Source: Opitutales bacterium
GTDB taxonomy: Bacteria > Verrucomicrobiota > Verrucomicrobiia > Opitutales > UBA2987
DNA length: 64,000 bases
Assembly: GCA_965226885.1 (NCBI GenBank)
Contig: CBDDEL010000017.1
Location: forward strand, 192,001 to 256,000
Direction of reading: 5' to 3'
A program made the translations under genes and the position numbers. Positions 33,064-43,900 of this stretch are shown one piece after another. Every line of letters begins with the position of its first letter. Positions within the stretch are counted from its first letter, which is position 1. A model generated the notes under the pieces. That model saw nothing but the letters and a program-made list of their open reading frames with translations. It was not told the origin of the DNA and ran no database searches.

Positions 33064-34880
33064 GAGGCTGTCCCAAAAATATAAAGATTTTATAGTCAAC
33101 TGGATGACGTTGATAAAAAGAGCCGGAAAGAGCAAGTTTTTGCTCGATCCGGCCAAAAAAGGGTTCTATAATTGAGTTAGCGAAAATCAATATAGCCCTT
33201 TCTATGAAAAATATAGCCATCCAATGCCTCCTGCGTCCAGCTTTAACTGTGGTCGACCGGTGCCTCGATGACGATAACTTCCGCGCCACCATTGATCGAA
33301 TCGATCGGCTGCTGATCGACTCGGAGGTGGAATCGCAGGCCATTGAGCTGGCCTTGGAGGGGTGGCAGCCAATGGGTCTAAAGGCCCGGCGGCAGCGGGC
33401 CAGTTTTGCCATCAAGGCACTGCGCATGGATACGCTGGGCCGTCTGCTCGGAGGGATTTCGTTTCGGCATTTGTCGCGGGCTCTGGGCAGCAGCGATCTG
33501 TTGGCCGACTTTTGCCGTGTCCGGCAGATCGATGGCATCAGGGGCATCTCCAAAAGCACCCTGGAGCGGGCCTCGAAGTTTTTCAGCGAAGAGCAGTTGA
33601 GGGCCTTGCACCGGACCTTGACTGAGGTGGTGGGCGATGCCCTTCTGGCCCGGCAGGTGGGATTGGACAAGCCGATTGACACCACCATTTGCCTGATCGA
33701 CGGCACCTGTTTGGAGGCTAACATTCATTGGCCGACGGACTGGGTATTACTCAAGGATGTAGCCGGCACGTTGCTCAAAGCGATCCGGCTGATCCGCGAG
33801 AAGGCCGGTTTGCGCCATCGCATGCCGATCGAACCGGAGCCCTTGGCTCGGCAGATGAATCGGCTGTGCATACAGATGACCCACAGCCGGCGGCGAAAGG
33901 ACAGCGCGCGGCAGCGCAAGGGTATCTTGAGGCAGATGAAAAAGCTGCTCAAACGGATCGGGGAGCATGCCCGCAGTCACCGGGAATTATTGCAAGCCTG
34001 CTGGGAGCAAGGCGATTACAGCGAAAAACAGGTCCAACAGATCCTCGCCCGGATGGAGCGCATGAGCGAGCAAATCCCGGTGGTCATCAAACAGGCGCAC
34101 GAGCGGATCATTGGCGGCCGCCAGGTGAAAAACGCAGAGAAAGTCTTGAGTGTTTACGAACTCGATGGGCAGGTGATTGTGCGAGGTAAAGCGGGCCAAG
34201 AGGTCGAGTTCGGCAACACCCTGTTTTTGGGAGAAAGCGTTGAAGGGTACCTGCTGGACTGGAAACTCTACGGCAGCCGAACTCCAAGCGAAAATGAACA
34301 AATGCAAGAGAGTTTGCAAAGACAGAACCGCTTCAACCTGGAAGAACCCATAGCGGCCATGTGCGCGGACCGGGGATTTGCCTCCCAGCGGGCCCGCCGG
34401 CAGTTAGCCCAGGAGGGAATCTACGACGCGCTCTGTCCACGCGATCCGAAGCAGTTGAAAAAACGGATGGAGGAACCACTGTTCAGACAATTGCAAAAGC
34501 GCCGGGCCAGCACCGAAGGGCGGATCGGGGTATTGAAGAATCGCTGGCAGGCCGGGCGGTTGCGCAGCAAAGGCTTTGCCAACCGCTCGATCAGCGTAGC
34601 CTGGTCGGTACTCTCGCACAACCTATGGAAAGTAGCCAAGATGCTGGCCCAGCAAGACGAACTAAAAACCAAAGCGGCGGCCTAGAGAGCGGAAAAGCAA
34701 GGACAATACTTTTTCACAGCCTTACTGTCGGCTCATACAAAGAAAACCAGGCAACCGGACCCCAAAACCAGTATCCTAACGTCATAGGAGAGCAAAGTTG
34801 ATACTCTCCCAAATGCAAATACCTCTAAAATGAGCGCCTATCAAAAGCCCTCGCAAAAATCACCCTTTTGGGACAGCCTC
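33064..34880 (+). mobile_element. IS5/ISNCY-like element, copy 2 (transposase 33204-34685)
   Basis: Same IRs as copy 1; 7-bp TSD TAACCTA; intact 493-aa ORF. Confidence 0.94.
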
Positions 34881-35417
34881 TAACCTAAACCTTATTCCAA
34901 GCGTACCGGTTTTACCACGACCCCCGTACCGGTTTCATCCCGGCGTTTACACATGGAGGAAAGGGAATGTTGCCATTTATGAGCAAATCAAAGAAAACAT
35001 GAGCGACTGGCAGATAGTCAAAAAACGGCTTGAGGCGATCCTAGACGCCCCAGATGCCCCCATCGCAAAATGCGAAGCGGCCAAGAGGCTCGGAATGTCC
35101 CACAGCGCACTACATTTCTACCTGTGGAGAGGGACTTCAATGCCAAACTACAACCTTGGATGTCAGTTTCTGAGGCTGGCCAAATTGCTTGAAAACAAAT
35201 CCCAATACTCGCCTATAAAATAGGGATAACCCATTATCACAATATCCCTTTTGATGTGCCGGGAAGGAAGAAACCGACTCCATCCTGAATCACTACTTGA
35301 AGGCCCTTGTAGGCTTCCTTTTTCAATATTTCCGATTGCCCTTACCCCGTTTGCCCGTCTATCCTCACATTTCACTCAAAGGGCCGACAGGCTCAATAAC
35401 CCCCAAAAGGAATTTTT

Positions 35418-37304
35418 ATGGAAGAAGAAGGCTGCTGCGGTTGCTTCGTACTGCTGATCCTGCTTTCCCCGTTTATAGGTAGTGGGTGGTTTATTTATGA
35501 TGGGTATTACATTCGCGATCTTCCGGTTGAGGAGATTGAAGCATATGGCGTACAATCTAGCAAAATCGTTTCCTCTTCAGTTCTAGAATATTATGACCTC
35601 GAATTGCCGAACAAAGGGACAGAATTTGCTATTATGCTCTCCATTGACAATGCCAGTGATTATATTATTCGCCAGATTTACTTCAGTGGTAATTTAACTG
35701 GCCCCTATGATAATACTATTCATGTGAGTAACCATTGTTTTCGTGATAGGTCCAAAGATTTTAGACTCATTCCTGATGCAGTTGGAGAAAATTGGTGTGC
35801 AGTGCCTCTATCAGGCACAGGTTTAACATTTATTGAGTACTCAAGCGAATTGCATATGCGAATTGCATATTGATAGTGATGTGCACTGGAAAAAGTGGAC
35901 ACGAGATTCTCCTAAATGGAGAATCGAAGCATGGGAAGAAGACGCTTTAGTATAGAGTTCAAAAATGAGGCAGTTCAACTGATGATACTCGATGGTCTGA
36001 GCGCCACCGAGGTATCGACCAAACTTGGGGTCAACACCAACCAATTGTATAGGTGGAAGAGGCTCTATCTGGACGATCAGCAGGGCGAAGCCACCTCAAA
36101 GCGACAGAGCAGTCCGAAGGAGATGGCGGCCGAGATAGATCGTCTTCGCAAAGAGCTGCGCCGCTCGGAGCGGATCAACCAGATACTAAAAAAAACGGTG
36201 GGCTACTTTGCCAAGGACGAACAATGAAGTACCAGTTTGTCAAAGACAACGAGGGGCGCTTCAAGATCGAGGAAATATGCTCGGCGATGGGGATTTGTCG
36301 CAGTGGCTATTACTGCTGGAGGCACCGAGCGCCCTCGGCCCGGCGGATCGAGGACGAGGGAATCAAGGGGGCGATCCTGAAGGTACACAAAGAGGCCAAG
36401 GGCCGCTATGGGCATCGGCCAATGCACCGCCATCTGAAGGATGATGAGGGCATCGATTGCGGCCGTGACCGGGCTCTGCGTCTGATGCGTGAAATGGGAA
36501 TCAAAAGCACCCAGAGTAAACGCTTTAAGCCATTAAAAACCAACAGTAACCATCCCTATGGTTACAGCCCCAATGTGCTTAAAAAGCATGGCCAGCCGAC
36601 CCATATCGACGAGGTCTGGGTGGCGGACACGACCTACCTACGGACCCTGGCCGGTTGGATGTACTTGGCCACGGTGATGGACCTGTTCAGCCGACGCCTG
36701 CTGGGCTGGAGCGTTTCCAACCACAACGACGCGAAGCTGGTTGGCAAGGCCCTCAAAGCCGCGGCCATGACCCGCGGCACACTGCGCACCGGGATTATTC
36801 ATCACAGCGATCGGGGCAGCCCCTACGCCAGCGACGACTATCAGAGGCTGGTCTCTGAACTAGGCATGAAGCCGAGCATGAGCGCCCAAGGCAACTGCTA
36901 CGACAACGCGGCCATGGAATCGTTCTACGGCCGCTTCAAGACCAGCACGATTCGAGGCCGCCACTTTGCCGACGAGCGCGAACTGCGATCAACTGTCTTC
37001 GAATACGTGGAAATCTTCTACAACCGATATCGCAAACATTCCTCTCTGAGTTACCAAAGCCCAGTCCAATTCGAGGAAAATATTTGCCCCCCATGGGGGG
37101 CAACGAGAAAACAAAACCCTTTACCAAAACAAGCCGCCTGACACACTAATCAATAAACAATGAATATAAGAGAATCCCGTGTCCAACAAATCCAGTACAC
37201 GTCATAGCGGCAATCTGAGTTACAAAGGACACCATGGTCCACGCAAAATCGTAAAAGCCCCCATTGATTGGATTTCATCACTTTTTGAGCCTGTCAATGA
37301 ATGA
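35418..37304 (+). pseudogene. Membrane-anchored hypothetical cargo protein, broken by a 13-bp duplication and IS3
   Basis: N-terminal TM segment; removing one GCGAATTGCATAT copy and IS3 gives SSELHIDSGNLSYKGHHGPRKIVKAPIDWISSLFEPVNE*. Confidence 0.65.
35877..37204 (+). mobile_element. IS3-family element (orfA has an extra Phe codon)
   Basis: Same IRs; TSD TAG. Confidence 0.96.
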
Positions 37305-37313
37305 GGCTATAAT
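37285..37313 (+). promoter_or_regulatory. Putative sigma70 promoter
   Basis: TTGAGC-N17-TATAAT. Confidence 0.5.
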
Positions 37314-37449
37314 TCTTGCAGACTCATACCCTCTGGGACAGGGGGCTTATTTCGCAGCTTTCTGTGAATCCCCTTGCCGTGGATTCCGATTGAAGTCAGA
37401 TTGCCAAACGGGGACACCGACTAATGCCAAAGATTGACTGGCTGTCCCT

Positions 37450-37483
37450 GGGCCGCCTACCAAGCAGGGCGGCCCTTTCTTTT
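37450..37483 (+). terminator. Rho-independent terminator
   Basis: GGGCCGCC/GGCGGCCC stem followed by TTTCTTTT. Confidence 0.7.
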
Positions 37484-37876
37484 ATCCCGCTCAAAGGCAG
37501 CAACGCATGATCGACCCGTAGGGCCTGAGACCACTTAGGACAGCCGCTAGCATGGGTGTAAACCGAAATAGGGTATATGGTAGCCTTTTAAGCATAAAAG
37601 GCCCGTAATCGCTTATAAAATACGGATTATACCCCACTTTTCATATACCCTTTTAAGTTGCCGCGGAGAGAGAGGACTTCTACCGATCCTGAGCTTCATA
37701 TATTTATCAAATTAAATTTGACACAAAATGAATGGTGGTTGCCCCCGATGTTTCATTCTGGGCATTCACCCCCTAAACCGCCAAAATTCCCTTGGAACAA
37801 GCCAGCCGCGCCCGGTAGTTCCCCTTTTTAAGGAACGGTATGAGGGTAAGGCGGAAGCTCCATGAACATGGAAGTC

Positions 37877-38878
37877 CTAACGGTAAATGTGTGGCCCAAA
37901 ATCGGCCTCATAATAAGGAGAAACACTACCCCCGGGCGTGGTGACCGAATCGATCCCCATTCGGTCCTCATCCGTAATATCCACCTCCAGCGCCTTGAGA
38001 TTGTCCTCCAGCTGCTCCAGGGTGCGCGGCCCGATGATCGGACTGGTCACACCCGGCTGCGCCATAACCCAAGCCAAGGCATATTGCGACGAAGACACGC
38101 CTTTTGCTTCCGCCATGGACTTAATGGCCGCGGCCGTATCCAAAGCCGCATCGTTACAACGTAGATTTTTACCTTTATTCGGGTTGTCAAAGCGGGAGCC
38201 TCCCGGCGGTGGCCGGCCTTTAGCGTACTTGCCCGTGAGAATCCCTCCAGCAAGAGGGCTCCAGGGAATTATCGCCATGCTATAGGTCCGCGCCATAGGC
38301 AGGAGTTCTCGCTCAATGCGGCGGTCAAGTAAATTATAAGGAGGCTGCTCGCACACAAACCGGTTTAACCCCAGCTCCTTGGCCACCCATAGCGACTCCA
38401 TAACTTGCCACGCCGCATGGGTGCTTGTTCCAATGTAACGCACCTTACCCGCGCGGATCAGGTCGTCCAGCGCACGCAATGTCTCATCTATGGGGATATT
38501 CGACTGAGGGCGGTGAATCTGATAAAGGTCGATCCAGTCCGTCTGCAAACGCTTCAAGCTGGCATCGCATTGCTCGATGATATGCCGGCGCGAGTTCCCC
38601 TGCATGTTGGGATCATCGTCCGCCATCACTCCATGCACCTTGGTGGCCAGGAAAACACGGTTGCGCTGTCCGTTGCGCTTGAGCGCCTCGCCCGTGATTT
38701 CCTCACTCCGGCCCCGGCCGTAAACATTGGCCGTATCCAGAAAATTAAGCCCCGCGTCGAGTGCGCGGTCGATGATACGGTAGGAATCCTCCGGATCGGT
38801 TTTCCTGCCAAACATCATGCACCCGAGGCATAACGGGCATACTTTCACGCCAGTGCGTCCAAAATTTCGGTAATTCAT
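37877..38878 (-). CDS. Aldo/keto reductase
   Basis: LGCMMFG, DTANVY, LATK, DLYQIH, PWSPLAGG and PIIGPRT motifs. Confidence 0.94.
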   Translation of the reverse strand: MNYRNFGRTGVKVCPLCLGCMMFGRKTDPEDSYRIIDRALDAGLNFLDTANVYGRGRSEEITGEALKRNGQRNRVFLATKVHGVMADDDPNMQGNSRRHIIEQCDASLKRLQTDWIDLYQIHRPQSNIPIDETLRALDDLIRAGKVRYIGTSTHAAWQVMESLWVAKELGLNRFVCEQPPYNLLDRRIERELLPMARTYSMAIIPWSPLAGGILTGKYAKGRPPPGGSRFDNPNKGKNLRCNDAALDTAAAIKSMAEAKGVSSSQYALAWVMAQPGVTSPIIGPRTLEQLEDNLKALEVDITDEDRMGIDSVTTPGGSVSPYYEADFGPHIYR

Positions 38879-39123
38879 AATATAATCGGTATTTCCAATA
38901 TGATGAGTATGAATCGTTAAAATTATTGACCTCTGACCTTTGGAGCTTTCGAGTGATTTTTGCTCCTTTAAATACGTATTGGCAATCGTTTTTTCTTGGT
39001 ATCTGCCAGGTCGATTAGTGTGTCTTCGGCCTTCTTTGGACAAGATCAGGCAACAGAAAGCAGAACTTCAAAAAGCTGATAATCCAGACTACTGGACATA
39101 CTACCCTTGCACCCCCTGAAAAT

Positions 39124-39630
39124 TCAGGAGCCTTTTTGTCTTGCTGCCATTTTAAGGAAGATACCTGGTCCATGAATTTCCCTAAGCATTTTCCGACGAA
39201 GGGCCACAGCCATTTTAAAGGCTTTTTCCTCCCCGTATTTGCGGACGGAGATTGAAGATGTTTTCTGTACTCCGGGGGAAGGGCTCCAAGTCACCGTGTA
39301 ACATTCATTAATGGTACCGTGACGAGTTCGTAAAGCTAAGCGGCTGACTCCCAAAACTCCGGTAGTATTTCGGGTATTACGAGAAATGATCCACCGCCCC
39401 TGAGACTTGGTGCGCTTGGTGGGAATTTGCGCTAGCTTTTCGTGGAGTTCATCCCGATACTGACGGGCTTCTTTCTGCGCCTTTCTTTTGCCCCTGCACT
39501 TCAGGTCGCTGAAAGATTTGGAATAGATTTTACCGTTTTTATACCCATTCACATCCCATCTGTGATTTGAACCCGAATCAACGCGGGTGATTCCTTTATT
39601 TCTTGGGTTTTTTCTTTTTCCTTTAGCCAT
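39124..39630 (-). CDS. Double AP2-domain DNA-binding protein
   Basis: KGITR...W...KSFSD...A..YRD and NTTGVLGVSR...SVRKYGEEKAFKMAVALR. Confidence 0.75.
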   Translation of the reverse strand: MAKGKRKNPRNKGITRVDSGSNHRWDVNGYKNGKIYSKSFSDLKCRGKRKAQKEARQYRDELHEKLAQIPTKRTKSQGRWIISRNTRNTTGVLGVSRLALRTRHGTINECYTVTWSPSPGVQKTSSISVRKYGEEKAFKMAVALRRKMLREIHGPGIFLKMAARQKGS

Positions 39631-39637
39631 GACCTAG

Positions 39638-41210
39638 CCCGGAAATTTCATAAAAAAAGTATCGCTGATATGCTTATCTGCTGATATACAGCAGGATAGA
39701 TTAAACATTAAAGCAATATCAGCGATGACAAAAAGTAAACAATTAGAACTACAGTTGACAAGGGTAAAAGGCCGCCGTGTGCGGGTTGATTTTAAGGGCG
39801 GTGAGGTTACTTCGGATGCCGGGCTGCTTTTGATCCGGGAAGTGGATCGGCGGTTGGGCTTGACCGAGCAAGCGGCCCGGCAATTAGTAGACAAACGGCA
39901 GAAGGGCAAAGTGCGCCATGAGATGCTGGCCATGATCCGGCAGCGCGTTTACGGGCTGGTGGCGGGCTATGAGGATTTGAACGACTTTGACACCCTGCGC
40001 CGCGATCCTTTGTTGCAAACGGTAACGGGGCGCACTGAAGCGTTGGCCAGCGCGCCGACTTTGTGTCGTTTTGAAAACGGGCAGGATCGGCGGGCAGCCT
40101 TTGCCCTGAACGAGTTGCTGGTCGAACAGTTCATCGGATCCTTTGCCGAGGAACCCGAAGAGATCATCCTGGACTTTGACGCCACCGACAATCCGGTGCA
40201 CGGGCTCCAGGAGGGACGTTTTTTCCACGGTTATTATGATCATTACTGTTTTTTGCCGCTGTATGTTTTTTGCGGCGATCAGCTTCTGGTGGCCTACCTG
40301 CGGCCCAGCAAGATCGATGCGAGCAAGCATGCCGGGGCCATCCTCAAATTGCTGGTTAAACGGATTCGCCAAAGCTGGCCCCATACGCGGATTATTTGGC
40401 GTGCCGACAGCGGATTCTGCCGGGATCGGATTCTCTCGTGGTGCGAGCGCAACGAGGTTTATTTTATAGTGGGAACGGCCCGCCATGCACGCTTGCAGCA
40501 AGCGGCCCGGCAGTTGCAGGAGCAAGCCAAACAATGGTTTGAGGGTAGCGGCAAAAAGCAACGGCTGTTTCAGCACTTCGAGTATGGGGCAAAATCGTGG
40601 CGGCGCCAACGCCTTATCATCCACAAAGCCGAACACACCGCACAGGGGTCCAACCCGCGCTTCGTGGTGACGAACCTGCCGGGCGATCCCCAAGAGCTTT
40701 ACGACAAAGTATACTGTGGCCGCGGTGAGATGGAGAACCGGATCAAGGAACAGATGCAATTGTTCAGCGAACGCACCAGCGCGCATAAATGGTGGGCCAA
40801 CCAGTGGCGATTGCTCTTGTCGGGGCTGGCCTACACCTTGATGGAAGCCTTGCGCCGGTTCGCATTAAAAGGGACGAAGTGGGCGCGGCTCCAATGCCAC
40901 AGTCTACGGCTAAAATTAATCAAGATCGGAGCGGTCATCGTGCGCAACACCCGAACGATTCACTTTCATCTAAGTGAAAGTTATCCATGGGCCAGTCTTT
41001 TCAACCATGCGGCCCGCCGGTTGGTGCCAACCTAAAGGGCGCATTGGCGCTGCCCCCGGCGCTACCGAACCAATGGGGGAAAGGGGGAAGTGTCTCTACA
41101 CCCTGAAAAACACCTCAAAATCAAGACGATCCGCCCAAAATACAAAGAAATCCATCTCCATCTCCAATAGCAATAACGAGCCAAACTTTACCCTTCATGA
41201 AATATCCGGG
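39638..41210 (+). mobile_element. IS1380-family element, intact (transposase 39725-41035)
   Basis: IRs plus CTAG TSD; 436-aa ORF. Confidence 0.96.
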
Positions 41211-41378
41211 CTAGCTGATTTAATGATCAGATGCCTAATTATTTATTGTACCCCTTACAAAATGCTTTGGCAATCGTCAACCCAGCCTTTCAGGCAAAAA
41301 AACATCGGGTCAATGGGCAACTGGCCCTTTATCCTCACCCCTATGGTTGATGCCCAAACGCCTATCTAACGATAGCTT

Positions 41379-41849
41379 TTAAAAATCGTGTATCCAGAGG
41401 TCGCATCCTCTAGGGGTCTTTTCAATGCAGGTGTATCCGGCTCTCTTGAACTCACGGAGCATCCCCGGGCGCATGAGCTTGATATTCTGCGTTTCGATTG
41501 CTATGCCTTCCGGCTTGTCTTTGATCTTCAGACCGCGAAAATGTTCGCGAGTTTTCCTTTCCATAAACCGCGCCATACCTGACACGCGATCGGCCGGCTG
41601 GACAAACATTCTGTAGGTATAGTATTGCTGGCCGGGATTTAGCATGAATGGGTAAACCGTTGACACACCGGCAAGCCGCCCAGCCTTATTTCTGGCAATT
41701 GAGGCAACCTGGGAAACCCGCGCTCTCGCCTCTCGAAGATTCATCAAGCCCTGGATGCCCATCCAAAAGTCAACCAATTCTTGAGCGAGTTCAGAATCGA
41801 CCTGGCCGTAAACGCACAAGATTCGATAGCCACTGTAGGTATATTCCAC
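41379..41849 (-). CDS. Hypothetical protein, possibly GNAT-like fold
   Basis: LAGVSTVY...YRMFVQPADRVSG pattern resembles an acyl-CoA-binding motif; downstream of the IPTL-CTERM gene. Confidence 0.55.
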   Translation of the reverse strand: MEYTYSGYRILCVYGQVDSELAQELVDFWMGIQGLMNLREARARVSQVASIARNKAGRLAGVSTVYPFMLNPGQQYYTYRMFVQPADRVSGMARFMERKTREHFRGLKIKDKPEGIAIETQNIKLMRPGMLREFKRAGYTCIEKTPRGCDLWIHDF

Positions 41850-41987
41850 GCCTCTAACTTTTCCGTTGGCCTGACAATACTTTCAATTCAATAACGGGAA
41901 ATACAGAAGCGAAGGCGGCAATTCAGGCCGGACTGCAAGCAAGTTCGAGTTGCGCCTAATTCGTGCCAAGAATCGAATTTCTCAGGC

Positions 41988-42791
41988 TCAGGCTTGCAGA
42001 AGCTCAGGCTTGTTCATTTTCCAGGCGGCAGCGCCAGCCAGCAGGGTCATCAAGACGATGATGCCCCATTCGTTTAGTGTGGGGATGACCTGATTCGCAG
42101 CACCGCCGGTTGTCGCCCCTGCCAGGATGGGTTCTCCCGGCACTTTTTCCCAGGCCCAGTCGATGATTTCTACCGAACTGCTGTCTGCCGCAACACTGAC
42201 CTGGACCCAGCCGAAGTGTTCGCCCGTGGCATTCGTAAACCGGACGCCGATGTACTTGTTTCCCGCATCGGGGAAATTGCCATCACCATATTTGGTGCCA
42301 AGTATTTTCTGGCTTGCTCTCCAGGTTCCAGGCCCGGCAAGGAAGGTGGTGGTGTCGTTGACAATATTGTAGTTGCCGCTCAAGGCCTTGACATAATTAG
42401 TGCCGCCAGGAGAGGCAATGGCCTCCGCATCAATATTGGCGGTGCCAAATTTCTGTGGTGAGATAAAAGCTTTATCGACGCTGTAAATGTTGCTGTTATA
42501 AAAAATCGTGTAAAAGCTTTGGATTATATCCAAGTCAGTAACGCCATCATCGTCTAAATCGATGTTCTCAGTTCTGTCCGTCACCAAAATATTCCGCAGG
42601 CCGTTGTACTGTATGGTAGCTTCTGCCGCAGGTGCGATGGCCAGGGCAGCGCCACCGGCGGCGGCACTAGCCAAGGCGAGATTTCCGGTCCTGGCCGGGC
42701 CTTTCCCCGCCGCAAGAGCCGATGCCTGGTAGGCATCCAGTTTGTCCTTTAAATCACTGATTTTCTTAACTGCTGGCTTTTTCTTCATCAT
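41988..42791 (-). CDS. Secreted IPTL-CTERM sorting-domain surface protein
   Basis: Signal-like ALAIAPAAEA; YIGVRF...HFGWVQV...DWAWE domain; C-terminal IPTLNEWGIIVLMTLLAGAAAWK. Confidence 0.85.
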   Translation of the reverse strand: MMKKKPAVKKISDLKDKLDAYQASALAAGKGPARTGNLALASAAAGGAALAIAPAAEATIQYNGLRNILVTDRTENIDLDDDGVTDLDIIQSFYTIFYNSNIYSVDKAFISPQKFGTANIDAEAIASPGGTNYVKALSGNYNIVNDTTTFLAGPGTWRASQKILGTKYGDGNFPDAGNKYIGVRFTNATGEHFGWVQVSVAADSSSVEIIDWAWEKVPGEPILAGATTGGAANQVIPTLNEWGIIVLMTLLAGAAAWKMNKPELLQA

Positions 42792-43252
42792 GTAGGAGAT
42801 TTTTGGGGTGAACAGACAGACTTGTACATTCTGGGGTGTCAATTAGACTGAATTATCATATAGTTTAGATGAAATAATAAGTCAACAAAAAATGCCCTTA
42901 CGGGATTTCCTGCATATCAGGTGAAACATCTAGGCAGGTTCTTCCCCCCCTTTCAGAAAAAATTTTGATCGGCATTTGAATAATACGTTTATGCTTCCTG
43001 AAAGTCCCTTTTGTAAAATTTCTGGGATAGACAGATTGACCAATACGTAGATCGCCATCTGAGAAATGTATCGACCCCCCCCCGCCCCCTTCGGCAGTCC
43101 TGACATTTTCCTATCAAAAAACAGCCATTCCTATCAAATTTATGGCCGTTCCTTGCCGTTTAGTTCCTTTCAATGCTCAAACGGTGGATGGCCTGTAAGC
43201 CAGTAAATAAGCGGGATGTCCGATAAATAAAGGGCTGGAAGCCGATTTACGA

Positions 43253-43861
43253 TTAACCCACGTTGACGGTTTGCGAAACCGTGGAACGTTTAATCAATTT
43301 GCGCGCGGCTTCGTTCATGGGATCTATTTCCAGAATCCTGTCGCCCATTTTTTCGGCTTCTGATAAACGGCCCAAGGCGAGACTCGCATTACCCAAAGCG
43401 AGTAGATTGGCTACACTGCGGGGTTGGCTCAGGAGAATTTCTTGCCGGGCGAAAAGCGCCGTTTCGGCAAATCCAAGGGACTGCGCAGTGGAAGCCAGCA
43501 ATTGGTTGGCTCTAATGCTGTCCGGCTGGCGGCATAATATTTTTTCCGCACTATTTAAGACCAAATAAGGATATTTGCTTAATAAATACTTTCCCAAAAG
43601 AAAATCGGCCCACGAAAAAACGAATTTTATTATAACTGCCAATCTATAGGTGCCGGATAAGCAATTTTCTTTCTGCGCCTTGCGTAATATTTTTCGCACC
43701 GCAAGACAGCCCGGTTGACGGCGAATGACATGCCTGCAAATATCGACGGCATACCATGGTTGACCGCTGTCAATCGCCAGGCTGGCCTTTTTAACCTGCA
43801 ATTGAAGGCGAGGCTCCAATCCCAAAAAATCGATTTCCTTTATTGAGGTGTTCACTGCCAC
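43253..43861 (-). CDS. Tetratricopeptide-repeat protein
   Basis: TPR-like LGNASLALGRLSEAEKMGDRILEIDPMN. Confidence 0.65.
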   Translation of the reverse strand: MAVNTSIKEIDFLGLEPRLQLQVKKASLAIDSGQPWYAVDICRHVIRRQPGCLAVRKILRKAQKENCLSGTYRLAVIIKFVFSWADFLLGKYLLSKYPYLVLNSAEKILCRQPDSIRANQLLASTAQSLGFAETALFARQEILLSQPRSVANLLALGNASLALGRLSEAEKMGDRILEIDPMNEAARKLIKRSTVSQTVNVG

Positions 43862-43900
43862 GGTCGGTATTTTATATTATCAAGTTCAACTTAACTAAAT

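Larger units (their letters stand above)
30579..34951 (+). mobile_element. IS21-family element containing a nested IS5-like element
   Basis: IRs TGTAAACGCCGGG / CCCGGCGTTTACA; subterminal AAACCGGTACG repeats; 7-bp TSD CATGGAG. Confidence 0.95.
30478..35223 (+). pseudogene. Phage-type hypothetical / HTH protein (~121 aa rejoined) interrupted by IS21
   Basis: Removing IS21+TSD gives ...TQTWRKGNVAIYEQIKENMSDWQ...EAAKRLGMSHSALHFYL in one frame. Confidence 0.7.

Noticed and set aside
41151..41166. 6-bp duplication in IS1380 copy as part of the homology-free class
   Set aside because: It arises within a pre-existing TCCA..TCCA repeat, so ordinary slippage explains it.
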